Assembly (NCBI GenBank): GCA_030324005.1
Contig: JARDVH010000073.1
Span: forward strand, 31,919,317 to 31,983,316
Direction: 5' to 3'
Source of the DNA: Negaprion brevirostris
Lineage: Eukaryota
DNA length: 64,000 bases
The notes beneath the pieces are model-generated. The model was not told where the DNA came from and did no database searches. It saw only the letters and a program-made list of their open reading frames with translations. Each line of letters begins with the position of its first letter. The first letter of the stretch is position 1. Made by a program: the position numbers and the translations under genes. Below are positions 13,770 to 26,304 of this stretch, piece by piece.

Positions 13770-14760
13770 AGACCACTGTGGTCAACCTAAATACTGGAAA
13801 TAACATTGGCACACTGAGCCCTATTGATCCTGCAAAGCTGTCCTTATTAACATCTGGTGGCTTGTGCCAAAATTGGGAGTATTGTCATGGGTATTTAGAA
13901 AATCTTTACAACTGTACAATGTTCCAGACACCATCACCATCAACTCTGGATATGCTGTGTTCCATCAACAGGACTGACACAACAGCAGTGGCACAGTGGT
14001 ATACAGTTGGTACTCAACATCAACTCGGGACCCCATGAGGTCTCATGGCATCACTCAAAACTGGGCAACAAAGCATCCTGATAATTACTACATAATATAC
14101 CTTCCCCCCACACCCTGGGGTACTCCGACGTCTTTCTCCAAGAGTGGCTCAGTAGCACCACCAAAGACTGAGCTGGCTGAGTCCTAAAGAGATAGCTGCT
14201 ATACCTGGTCTTTGGCAGATGGTGTAGGAACCAACAAGAGGGTAAAAGCTACTTGTTGTTGTTCTCACAAATCAACCAGCCGCAGCTGTATCTGACCATG
14301 TCAGTAGTGATAGGAATGACCATTACACAAGCCTTGGGGAGACAAATTCCCATCTTCACATTAAGGAAACCCTTCACTGTGTTCTGTGGCACTATCACCT
14401 TGCTAAATGGGGTAAATTTTGAACAGGTCTAGCAACTCAAAACTGGGATATTTTGGGCATTGTGTGTCATCAACAGGAGAATTGTATACCACAATATGTA
14501 ACTTCATGACTCAGCATATACCACCACCCCCCCTCCCAGTCTAGAATTACCATCAAACAGTGGGATCAAACTTCATTCAATAAAGAGTTGCAGGAGTACA
14601 TGCAGCACAGTGGCAACAATGTGTACCATCCGCCAAGATTCATTGCAGCAACTCACTAAGGCTCCTTCAACAGCATTTTCCAAACCCATGCCCTCTACCA
14701 GTTAGGACAAGGGCAGCAGATGCACAGGAACACCACAAGCTACAAGCTCCCTGCCCAAGA
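13770..14760 (+). mobile_element. Internally deleted non-LTR retrotransposon (CR1/L2 group)
   Basis: EN-start-like 'aacatctggtggcttgtgccaaaattggg' and 3'-region 'aaggctccttcaacagc...ggacaagggcagcagatgcac'; related tail fragments at ~23395-23555 (+) and ~39855-39975 (-). Confidence 0.5.
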
Positions 14761-15746
14761 ATACTTAATCGAAGGCAGTGATTTAGATAGAGATCATGGC
14801 AGTTTTTTTAAACTGAAAACTGGTAAAATATTGGAAGCAGGGAAAGATATAGGGTTTTGTAGTAAGAGCAGGTTAGTGGAATTAGTTTTTTTTATTGCAG
14901 CAAAAAAGCCAGCACAAATTTTGTGTTGCAGACTACTGTGATTCAATGGGAAAGACTTTGGTACACATGCAAATTTCACTCACACTAAATTTCATATTTA
15001 ACAGCTCAGTATTGGATATATTGGACCAATTTTATTTTGTTGCGCATCAAGGCCCATGCAGGAACCACGATAAATTTCCCCATGTCTTTACATTAATGGT
15101 ATTTCATCATCCCCAGAAAATTCAGTCTGCTGCCTTGAAATTGCTGTTAAAAGGGGAAATAAGGTTAGAAATTTTAGCCAATGTAGTTGTAACTCTCCTT
15201 TCTGTGACTATTTGAAATTGGCAATCCTTCATGACCTGAGGGAAATAGCAAACACTTATATTTATTAAATTGCCTCTTGGCTTTTTGAGCTCCAATGGAA
15301 ATTGTTTAGGATATCAGGTTTTCCACACATCTGCAATTTTTGTCTTTGTGACTCTGTGGTAGATTCTATATCAATGCCCTGTCGATACTAATGAATCTGT
15401 AAATATGTCACTTGTCAATGGACATGAAATAGTTAAAGGTTAGTAATATATTAGGATCCAGGTATTTAAAAGTTATTTTAGCTTCACAGGCTGCCAGTTT
15501 ATTATTTTTGAATCGTGATGTCAATACAGCTTTTAACAAATACCATGCTGTTTGATTACTGTTAAATTTAGTTATGTTATATGCTAATCTGTGCCAGGAA
15601 CCAATGACACTGGTAACCCACTCAGTTGCCTTATGAATCCCACCATGTCATACACAATACTCACACTAATTCAAGAATGCTTACAAATTTACACACATCT
15701 TCAACATTTCATTTAGCCTTGAATCGTGCAGTATACAGCAGCAAAC

Positions 15747-15752
15747 TTTATT
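15747..15752 (-). terminator. Candidate distal polyadenylation signal AATAAA
   Basis: Minus strand ATTGTAAAAATTTGTAATAAAGTTTG with upstream UGUA motifs and downstream GU-rich 'ATGTGTGTAAATTTGT'. Confidence 0.55.
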
Positions 15753-15830
15753 ACAAATTTTTACAATGGGCAGTATTTTCCATGCCCTCCATGGCATGTT
15801 TCATGGTAGCAATGGCAGCCTACCGTTGGT

Positions 15831-15923
15831 GGCAGGATTTTCTGGTCCCTTTGCTGCAAACGAGGTTTCCTGTTCTATGCAGTGGCAGATCCTGCCAGTA
15901 AGAACAGCCAGAAAAGTCCGGCC
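15831..15923. mobile_element. Short MITE-like element
   Basis: Imperfect TIRs ggcaggattttctgg / ccagaaaagtccggcc. Confidence 0.5.
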
Positions 15924-15954
15924 TAAGTAACTTTGCCTCAAAGACCCAACAATC

Positions 15955-16055
15955 CTTTCTGATGAAAGATCACAGACTTGAAACTAACTCTTGTTCAACT
16001 TTCCAGAGGCTGCCAGGCCTGCTGAATATTTCCATCATTTTCTGTTCTTATTCCT
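15955..16055 (+). repeat. Penelope-derived repeat with degenerate hammerhead-like core
   Basis: CTGATGA(15959-65)-AAGATC-ACA-GACTT-GAAA(15980-83), followed by the family body 'gctgccaggcctgctgaatatttccatcattttctgtt'. Confidence 0.5.
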
Positions 16056-18120
16056 ATTTTAAAATATCTTTTATGGTCAATAAATAACATCAGTGATAAC
16101 CCATAAATGAGATACAGTAATTTCAGTTCCTCCAGTTTGATTAAAGAAATTTAGCTGTGTTTCAACTGCACTTCTTTCTGCTCTTGCTTTGGCATCTTGG
16201 TGAAAAGACTAAATGCAGATTTCACTCTTAGTTTTATTATAAAAATCAATTTTTCATTTGTTACAACTTAACTTGATAGAAACCAAAAGAGCTTTATACA
16301 AGGTGCTTTTTTTACTTTTTTTAAAAACACAGTTTAGACAAGTAAAGCACTTATTTTACATTTTCAGGATGTTATTAGGCAATTGGATAGGACTGACCAA
16401 ATGTTGGTCATTAATACAAACACATCCTTGCAAAGCATATTGGTATCAGGGATTGCTCCTGGTACACAACAAGGCTGTCAGCTTCTAACTGACAGCAGAA
16501 GGAAAATCAAAAGAAGAAAAAACGCAGAGGTTTACAATGAATGCATTCAGCAGCACCAGATCCTTCACTTCCAAACAAGGTCGTTTGCTTTAGACACACA
16601 CCGCTAGGGTGTTTTTTTGTAACAGAATTTGGCACACAAGAGTTCTATTATCACTCAGAAGTATCCCAGGTCAAATATACCAGACGTTCCTGGCATCATG
16701 TATACAGCAGCAGACAATTTAAAAATCCTCATGTACAAATCATCTTATGCATGCTTTGATCAAAGTGTTTTGTGAAAAATATTTTGACTTAATTAAATAA
16801 TTGAATACTGGAAACATCTTAAAGGGCTGCAACATGATTTAGATATCCTGGGCATGTCATTCAATCATTAGGACCATTACAAAGTATTCAATCTTTGCTA
16901 CAAAATGTAATCTTTTTATACAATGTAATATATAAAGGTGATATCTGTATTTTGCACAGTACCTTAACTGATAATTGAAAATTACATTTAAAATGGAAAA
17001 AATAAACTCATCTGGCCATCTATTAAAAAAATCTGAGATTGTCATTACCCTTATACTAATGTTTTATAGAAAAATAAAATGATGCATAAAGTAATACAAC
17101 TATACATGAAAGTACTGCAAGGATATATGGACAGGCTTTACAGATATCTAATACAAGGTTATTTTATAGCTTATAAATAGGTTATCTACACAATATGTGG
17201 TATAAAAATACACTCAGAACATTTGTGGGCACTGAAGTTAAAAGCTCATTGATGAATTTAAAAGATATCAAGGCATGTTTTATGCCCTTGGTCAAATAAA
17301 TTTTAAAAAGTCACCGGTGCTAATCCACCATTTCTCCCCATATTACTTTAAATGGTAATGATGATGATTATCACTCCAAAGAAGCTGAATCAAGGTGATT
17401 ACCCTTCAATCCTACCCCACCCTGACCATGCAGCAAGGGCACGGAATCGCTTCACAGCACATGGCACAAATTAGCTTTAAAAGCTGCAGAGTGGCTGACA
17501 CTGGCTTCACTGTGAAATTGTATACATTACTGGCACTGGCGTGACAAGAATCGCAGTACGTGACTCTACATGTGCTCTCCTTCAACTGAGCATTGCTGAA
17601 ACAGCTTTGTACAAAAATGCAAGAACAGATCCTCATGCTAGCTCTCCGTGAGTTGCTCTTCTCAATTCGTAACAGTGTTGTGCAACTGTCTTCCTCACGG
17701 TGGAAACGGAAGATAGTACAAGCATTTCTGTTTTCACTGTAGGATGCACTGTGATTCTCAATGGGCACTGAGTTGCAATCCATCCAGTATACTGTGCCCT
17801 GTTAATGTGTGTGCTAATTTTCTTCTATGTCTTCTTAGGTACAATTGCTTCCCTGGGTTAAGGCATTTTTGTTTGCATGTTGGAAAAAAAAGATTTTTTT
17901 GTTTGTACAAATTTTTACAATTCTCTTTTATGGCACAACCAGCAGATGCTGTTAGAAAATATATAAATATCCTCTCTTCTGTACAAATTGTTTGCAGCTC
18001 ATTTCCCTTCCCTCCCAATCTAATTTATTTGCACTGTACAAATCACAGCTCCCCTCTTTAGTGTTTCTTTTATGCAGTCTCTTCATATTAACAATTATTT
18101 ACAATAGGCAAAAGTGGTGT

Positions 18121-18403
18121 TCAGGAGGAGTCTGTACATGGGGAGGGAGGAGGTGGATAAAGATGGTGCGAGTAACTCCTTTCTGTATAAGGAGAGGGTG
18201 GGCAGCTTTCATAGTTCTCCTCGGCAGATAAGTACTGGCTCCGTGGAGTTGGAGGCGGAGGGAAAGGCTCAGAGTCATAGTTCAAGTCACTATAACATTT
18301 TGTCGTACCAATTCTCCTCCCAGGCGTGTAGTCACTGTCACATACGTCAGTACTGCAAGGCGTAGTAGGTGGAGCAAAATTTCGGTAAGCATATGGTCTG
18401 TAG
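18121..18403 (-). CDS. LRP6: LRP6 exon 23 (last coding exon; PPPSP motifs B-E, stop)
   Basis: [24 protein letters not shown]...[46 protein letters not shown]. Acceptor tctacag|CT; 283 nt. Confidence 0.98.
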
Positions 18404-19215
18404 CTGTAGATAGGGAAAAAAGTACAAGATATCAATGTCAACTTGTTTGTAGAGCACGTGTAATTGAATTTACTGGTTAAAATCATTTAGCTTTATTACA
18501 AAGAATGGTATGAGCACACATGCCATAATTTACAAATTTAATTAAACTTTTTTAAAAAAGGATAGAAAGAACTCTTGCACATTTCTCTTTAAGCAGAAAT
18601 GCCAGACCTTAAATTAAACCAGATGTAACCATGGTAACAAAACAATTAGTGGCTTACACAATCACCTGTTTTTCAAGTATGGTTGAATAAACTTTTGGAG
18701 TAGTTTATCTCTTCACTATGCACTGTGAATTTAAAGAAGCTATTCTAGTTCTGCGGAAAAATGAACTGAATTGTACCAGCGCAAAAAACCCACAAAACTG
18801 GTGAGATTATGGATTAAACCCTCTCTCTTTGCTGCTGCACTCCACGTACCACCCCTCCTCCCCCACCACACAGACACACCAAAAGTAAGGGAATGCTGTT
18901 TGACTTTCTAGTATAGCTTGTTGAAGTGCATGAAACTGCTCTCACTATTACACAAAAGTCTTTACTAAACTGTCAGATGAAACAGGAAAGTAAATAACCA
19001 AAATTCCAACATGTTTGCTCGAAAGATAGTTAAGCATCATTCAAGGCTCCCAGAAATTCTACTGGAAGGTGCAGTGCAATTACAGGACACAATTACATTC
19101 AAAGGGGAAAAAATCCTTTTATCTGGTTTCTGTTAGCAGTTGCAAAGTAACATAGTATGATATAGTGGTTAAGTGCACTTGAGGTAAATCTCCATCTCAC
19201 TGTGTTCTTCATTTA

Positions 19216-19350
<135 letters not shown>

Positions 19351-19959
19351 TCAACTGCATAAAAATATATGTTTGCACTGTGCAAATGCCCATTTGCTGT
19401 GGTACCGAGTTACATAGGCTTCTTGGATTGTGTTCGATTAATGTGTTGTTGTTGGCATTTTTCACAATTGAAAGATCAATTGTCTCGGCTTTCCCTTGAG
19501 AGTTGGAGGAGCAGGGAGGATTAAACAACAATTCAGCTAGCTAGTGTTCTTGCCTCCGACCATTATATGCAGTCTGTAAGAGAGTGCATGTGATTCCTTG
19601 TCAGACAGTCTGCCAATACTCTGTTCTATGCTACACACGAAAAAAAAGTGTGTCTTGTACAAGGTTCTGGAGTGTTGCTGGCATCTATTCTCAGAAAATT
19701 TGCACAGCAGCCCAAGAGGTCTAANNNNNNNNNNNNNNNNNNNNNNNNNNNNNNNNNNNNNNNNNNNNNNNNNNNNNNNNNNNNNNNNNNNNNNNNNNNN
19801 NNNNNNNNNNNNNNNNNNNNNNNNNNNNNNNNNNNNNNNNNNNNNNNNNNNNNNNNNNNNNNNNNNNNNNNNNNNNNNNNNNNNNNNNNNNNNNNNNNNN
19901 NNNNNNNNNNNNNNNNNNNNNNNNNNNNNNNNNNNNNNNNNNNNNNNNNNNNNNNNNNN

Positions 19960-20045
19960 TGTAACGTGAGCCCTGTCATATGGAGGCCCACTGCTCCCAC
20001 CCATAATGCTCAGGGAACTCATCACAGATTTGCCACGGGACATAC
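19960..20045 (-). CDS. LRP6: LRP6 exon 21 (partial; 3' part and donor in N gap 19725-19959)
   Basis: [29 protein letters not shown]; acceptor ttgcag|GTATG. Confidence 0.95.
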
Positions 20046-20149
20046 CTGCAATTAAAGAAAACCCAGCCCAGCAATTAAATTAAATATTTACAGCATGTTG
20101 AACACATTTAAACAATTCACAGTCTTATTTAAAAATTCAGATACAACCA

Positions 20150-20461
20150 GTGGCCAGATCTCATGTCCCTTCTCCTCCTTTATTCCGCCTGACGACCACC
20201 CCCACCCCGCAAACAGTATTGTTAATTTTGATGTGAAGGTTAGAGATGGAGACATGGCTTACTGTGCTTGTAGGTTTATTTTTTTTAACTGGTTGAAGAT
20301 ATCAGTTTTTCATCAATGGTAATAAAGTTTACAATAAGATATGGAAAGTGATCTTACTGGCCGTTCACACCCTGTCCCCACTACAGCAAAGCCAAATGTG
20401 CGGTCAGTGCAGCGGGATCTGAAAATCCCGCCGGTGTGAATGGCTGGAATTTTCCAGCCAT
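20150..20461. mobile_element. GC-rich MITE-like element(s)
   Basis: GC/CpG-rich patch ending 'tggctggaattttccagcca', similar in style to 15831-15923 and 37174-37301. Confidence 0.35.
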
Positions 20462-21085
20462 GGTAGTTTGTTTATTGTCCAGTTACTGCTGGGTGATTCT
20501 CAATGATGGCAGTAGGCACTGCAATCAGTTGTGGCACAGCAGATTTCTCTGGCATCTACAAAGTAAAAAACCTGGTACGTGCTCTCAGTGACCCGAGTGA
20601 TAGAAATAAAAGTGTAATAGAGTAGCAAAGACTAAGGAAGCACCAGGCTTTGCAGCCAGTTTCTGCTGGGGTTGCTATTGTTGATCCCAATGTGGCACTA
20701 GAGGATGTTTAGTTACTATGGAACCACATACCTGGTAGTTAATGACAGATAGAGCGACAATGGCTAAATGAAGGATAACCGTAGCATGGCATTAACGTAA
20801 GAAAGTGTGCCAACAGAAAATATACAAAAAGTTATCAGAATGTAATGCTGTAGTTATCGATCCAAGACTTTGCACTATCTAACACAGATTAAACTGATGT
20901 AAAGTACAAATTTTAAGTCATGTGCAGTGAGCTATGTTAAAACAGTCTCCACAAAATAAACTTTGCTACACATCTGAGGATAGAAAAAGCCTGGTTAATA
21001 ACTAAACAATTACAGTTTCTCAGTGTGAATGCCACAAAAACAAGGCTTCAATTTTCAGCATTCAAAGATAATAAATTATTCCTAC

Positions 21086-21316
21086 CTTGTAGTGATCCTG
21101 GGAGGGAGTTAGTATGTGGTACATAACCTAGAGGCACTGAAGCAGATCCATGAACAACAAAATCATTTGTCATTGTTTCACCATCGCCTTTCATCCGTGG
21201 GCACAGAACACGCTGGCAGATGAAGTATATAGCTCCAATCACAAAGACAGAGAGAATCACACCAATAATTGAACCAATGGTGTTTGTAGGTTGAGGGGTA
21301 GGCTCCTCTGTGGGAT
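21086..21316 (-). CDS. LRP6: LRP6 exon 20 (transmembrane helix, juxtamembrane cysteines)
   Basis: [51 protein letters not shown]...; ttacag|AT ... AAG|gtagga; 231 nt. Confidence 0.98.
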
Positions 21317-22019
21317 CTGTAATAATGTTGATCTTGATCAGTAAACCAAAGTGGTAAACTTCTTGCATCTGGTTGTCATTAAATATATATTTACAGCCTT
21401 TGTGCATAGATGCTTACCATTAGTATATTCAAGAAAAAAAAGGTAGATAGATAAATGTATTTAAGACAGATACTGTTGGGTTTGGTTTTAAAAAAAAGCA
21501 AACAATATAACAAAAACGATATCTCTCAGGATGAATTGAGATTTTACTGTCTTACTTTGCTTCACATTTTTAAATTTAGAGTAGCAAAGCAAAACCAAAC
21601 TGAAAAGTTTTAAACAAAATATCACTGAGGTTTAAAATACTCAGTTTCATCACAGTGTAGAGACTATGAAGTACAACACTAACTAAAATATGCAATGGAA
21701 AAACTCGGTCCTGCAATTACACAAAATTCTATTTCTGAAGTGCAAATTTCAATCTTAAAAAATACCATCTGTACCTAAGTGGCTGTTCATTTTCTCTGCC
21801 CTCTCCTGCCCAACCTCCAACAGAAATAGACTTAATTCCTTCTTCTGCTGCCAAATGTAAATGCTACTTTTTGTTACGGCCAAATCATCATAGTTCAATT
21901 CAATTTTTCTCCATCCCCCATCTCATAATTTCCATTATTTTAAAAAGACTTTGTCATTTCTTCTTGCACTTTATTTTGAATACCTCAAAATTTCATAGGC
22001 TTATTCAACTCTCGCAAAT

Positions 22020-22510
22020 GCAAAGAAAAAAAAATCCTGCATGTGCCACCGTCCCGAAGTGTTTACAGCCAATGGAGTATATTTGAAGTACAGTCACTGT
22101 TGTAACATAGGAAACATAGAACATAGAACATTACAGCCAACATAGAACATGGCAGCCAATTTGCATACAGTAAGCTCCCACAAGCAGCAAATGTGACAGT
22201 GGCCAGACAATCTGTACGTGATGATAACTGAAGGCTAAACACTGGCCAGGCTGCTTAGGATACCTTCTCGGTGCTCCATTGAAATACTGGCGTGGGAACT
22301 TTTACATCCACCTGAGGGGGAGGGAAGACAGGTCCTCATTTATTGTCCCATTGAATAAACACAGCACCTTCCATAGTGCAGCCCTCTCTCAGCACTGCAT
22401 TGCAGTGGCAGGTTTGATTTCTGTCTTCCAAGTCCTGGAATGGGACTTGAACCCACGAACTTCTGATTCATAGGTGATAATGTTGTCAATTGAACCATGA
22501 CTGACACCTG
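22020..22510 (-). mobile_element. SacSINE1/DeuSINE-family SINE, near full length
   Basis: tRNA-like head on minus with B box GGTTCAAGTCC (~22442-22452); Deu-domain-like body; 3' part 'tacagccaatggagtatatttgaagtacagtcactgttgta'. Confidence 0.7.
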
Positions 22511-22942
22511 CCAAAATGAATCGGCAAGTCAAAAATTTTCAAAAAAAAACAAATTCTTTCCTTGAGCGGACTGTGCAATTTTCACAACCTTTGTTTAATC
22601 TTCAGTACCCTATTACCTACTTTGATGAGAATTCCCAGCTAGTACCTGTAATCGTGTCAAACTAGAATTCTGATTACCTGGTAAATTCCCCCTACTGGTG
22701 TCAAACAAGAACATGGCACAAGAAACATGGACCTCAGTCCATTCAGGGTCTGCTCTTAACCTCACTCAAGTCAGTATACACCATTTTTTTGTTGTACTGC
22801 AGAAATTTGAGGCAGGGAGAGAGAAAATCATTATGTTTGACTAAAGTAAACTGTTATTTTACATTCACTGTAAATACAACGTGCAAGTGCATCAAAGCAG
22901 AGCCCTGTTGTACAAACAAGAGGTTACTTAGTGAAAACTTAC

Positions 22943-23053
22943 AGCAGGCACTTTCATCCGAATTGTCGGTGCAATCATTCTTACGATCACATCTTTTGTG
23001 TTTGGCAATACACTGGCCATCGGCACACTGGAACTGATCCATAGGGCACAGAA
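22943..23053 (-). CDS. LRP6: LRP6 exon 19 (LDLa repeat 3)
   Basis: [36 protein letters not shown]; ttctcag|TT ... GCT|gtaagt; 111 nt. Confidence 0.97.
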
Positions 23054-24617
23054 CTGAGAAAGAGCAGAAAAATGATAAGATTTCACATCGTTGAGAGGTC
23101 AAGCATAATAGGGGGGTGGGGGGATGCACAGCTGGAACACATCTTAAATGCTGGGCAATTTAAACACAGTATTCAGTTTTGCAACTTTTTCCCAATATGT
23201 TATAATCACCATCAATACTGTTCACAGAGAGATAGTTTAGTAAGAAGTAAAATAGTTACATTCTTTGTTCATTTTTCCAACACCTCCCGCCTCACCAATG
23301 TTATTTTGTGACTATCTGCCAAAAGTTAGCCAAGAGTGGGAAAGATTGATCCAACTCTCATGTGGCCACAAGACTGGGAAATTCTAGGGCCTTGAAAGTC
23401 AGTGGTGCCACAATAACCTTCAGTGTTTGAGCTTCCAAAGTGGTAAGCAGGAAACATCTTCACCACATGGAAGTAGCTCACTCCCACCTCCTTAAGAGCA
23501 ATTACATATGGTCAAAAAATGCTGGTCCCATTCCATTAATTAAGAAAAATTAAAATTCTGGAAGGCAAGCCTACATCCTGCCAGATGGTGGCGCAGCTCA
23601 CTAGTAAATCAACATACCTTCCTTACATTGGCTTATGGTATTCAAAGGGGTTGGTGGAGCCAATTTTCTAACATAAAAAGGAAGAGACATGTAATTCATT
23701 CCCAGTCTTCTGAAAATGGAGCAAAACAGTAGCCCCTGATGATTCACCCTCCTATTTCTTTTCATTCAGCATTTCTTATTCCTCAATATCACTGTACATG
23801 GTAAATTGTAAGCAAATACTTATACCTCATTGCTCAATGCTTGCTTAGTGCAGAGTGACACCAACAGTGCAATTCCCATATGGCTGAAGTTATTCATGAA
23901 GGCCCTGCTTTCTCAACCTTGCCCCTCACCTGAGGAAGGGGAGATCTAACTGGTAGAGAGGATTCTGGAACCATGGCAACTTTACACCCAATCATACAGC
24001 AATTTGCCTTTATGATTCTTTTAATTAATTTAAAGATCTTTTAAAACTTCCCAGTTGTTGGTTATGGCAATGAGTAGTTGATTCCCAAGGACCATAAAGG
24101 ACCCAAGTTGATGACCTATTCCAGAAAGCCATTTGGTGAAGGAGAGAACTGGAGCCAAAGTTTACACACTGATGTTTATTTATAGAGTTGCACCTTTATC
24201 ATTATGCACATCCTAACTACAGTTTTAGTCTGCTTATTTATATGGGGCTCAAGAAAATCTCCAGTCGGTGCTCACGTGCACATAATTAAAATACAACTAA
24301 TATAAAATCAGTGTACTAACCATTAATCTCTGGTCTGTGCTGATTACCACCGGGTTACCACAAAAGGTCTCAGCATCAGTGGATAAGTAAAAGCAAGGGT
24401 AATCTGCAAGGGCTCCTTTCCTAATTGTTAATCAGTGACCACTGCTAGAAATTGTGCTATGCCCATTGTGATCAGAATCAGATCAGCAACATCTTGATCA
24501 AACAGCTTTTGGACCATCGGATCACAGCTTGCCGTGGAGCTAGCCACCTGCAAATGGTGGTACTCCAGCAGCTTATATAAAAAAAATTCAGATTATAAAA
24601 AAGAAAATGTCAATTAC

Positions 24618-24854
24618 CTTCACACTTCTGTTCATCAGACTGATCTTGGCAATTAGTCTCTCCATTGCATCTGAAGGCAGCGTCGATGCATTGTCCACTG
24701 GCACACTGGAACTGACTGTCCGAGCATACTGGACAATTTTGCTCATCACTCTGATCATCACACTCTGGATAGCCATCACAGCGCCAAGCTAAAGGAATAC
24801 AATCAATCTCACCCGTGGCACAAGTGAAGTGATCTGGTGCACAAGTTGGTGGCT
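24618..24854 (-). CDS. LRP6: LRP6 exon 18 (LDLa repeats 1-2)
   Basis: [57 protein letters not shown]...SDEQKCE; ttccag|AG ... AAG|gtaatt; 237 nt. Confidence 0.97.
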
Positions 24855-25004
24855 CTGGAAAAAAAAAGACCGATGGCTGTTTTTACAGGTTGGAGAAAAA
24901 GGAAAATTAAGCAAGTTAAGCATATATCAATTTTTTTAAAAAAGGTAAATGGGTGGGAACAGGCAGGACAAAATTAAAAACAGACTGATAAAACAATGGG
25001 CCTA

Positions 25005-25211
<207 letters not shown>

Positions 25212-26094
25212 TTAGCGAGAAAAGCACCAATAATCTCAACAATGTTTCAAAGTTACCTATGCAAGTACTTCAATAACTGAAAAATTAATGTATAAATGCA
25301 AAACATTTAAAACTTAAAAATCTCCCTCCCATCTTTAACAAGATTTTTGATGTGATTCAACATGGTACTAATCAAAGCTGTGGATTATATATTTAAACAG
25401 TTAATAAGAACCTTTCCTGCATCACCTATATTGGTTGTAAAACAAATGATTTTTTAAAATGTTGTAAAATCTAGTCATTATTTACATGTTCATGCTTGTT
25501 ATGTTTTCTAATCACAGGTGTTATTAATCAGTACAAGTATGGGCATTGTACAGGAAAAAAATCACAAAGTCAAGGAATGGCTTGCTAAATATCCTGAAGG
25601 TGTCTGTATAATGACACAGTCAAATTATGTTTCATTTTTTTAAAAAATCCTGTTTTCAGGTGGATACAGAAAATAATGGTTTGTAGGGAAATGATTAGTT
25701 TTGAATCATTCCTTGCACACATTACTTTAACAATCTGACCTGGAATTGAGAAGGAGGTTTTACTCAACTTTGGCCTGATTTTGTGCATCAGTTGTGACAC
25801 CCATGGGCTGCCAGTTTAATCAGCAGGGTGCATGATGATATTCAGAGAGAAAGATGAAACAGTCTGATATTGCACTGCAAGTCTATGAGTAATTATCCAG
25901 TCAGACACTGGAAAGTAACATATTATTTAGTTTTAAACTGCCATGCCTTACGCAACCATAAAAAAACTCTAATCCACATGTTTGTTTGTTTTCAATTCCT
26001 TCTCCCTGAAAACAGATGTATTTAAACAGATTTCGACTTGTATTTGTTTTTTTGGAACATGGAAGAGATATATCCAGCATTTATATTATCATAC

Positions 26095-26304
26095 CAAATT
26101 CCTTCAGATCAAGTTCTTTCACGGCATGAATGTCACTCAGCTGCGCTATACGGGCTTGAATCTTAGTGCGACTGTTGCCATTTGTCTTCTCAATTCTCTC
26201 AAGCATCTGCTGCTGTCTGTCAATCCAGTACAAATGGTTACCGAATATAGTCAGACCTACAGGTTGAAGTATATTGGCATCTTCCAAAACAATTCGATTT
26301 GCAC
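26095..26304 (-). CDS. LRP6: LRP6 exon 16 (propeller 4)
   Basis: [38 protein letters not shown]...; ttttag|GT ... TTG|gtatga; 210 nt. Confidence 0.97.

Larger units (their letters stand above)
15725..18120 (-). other. LRP6: LRP6 3'UTR (predicted ~2.4 kb)
   Basis: Follows the TGA at 18121. AU-rich and UGUA-rich, largely repeat-free, ending near the AATAAA at 15747-15752. The end point is inferred. Confidence 0.6.
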
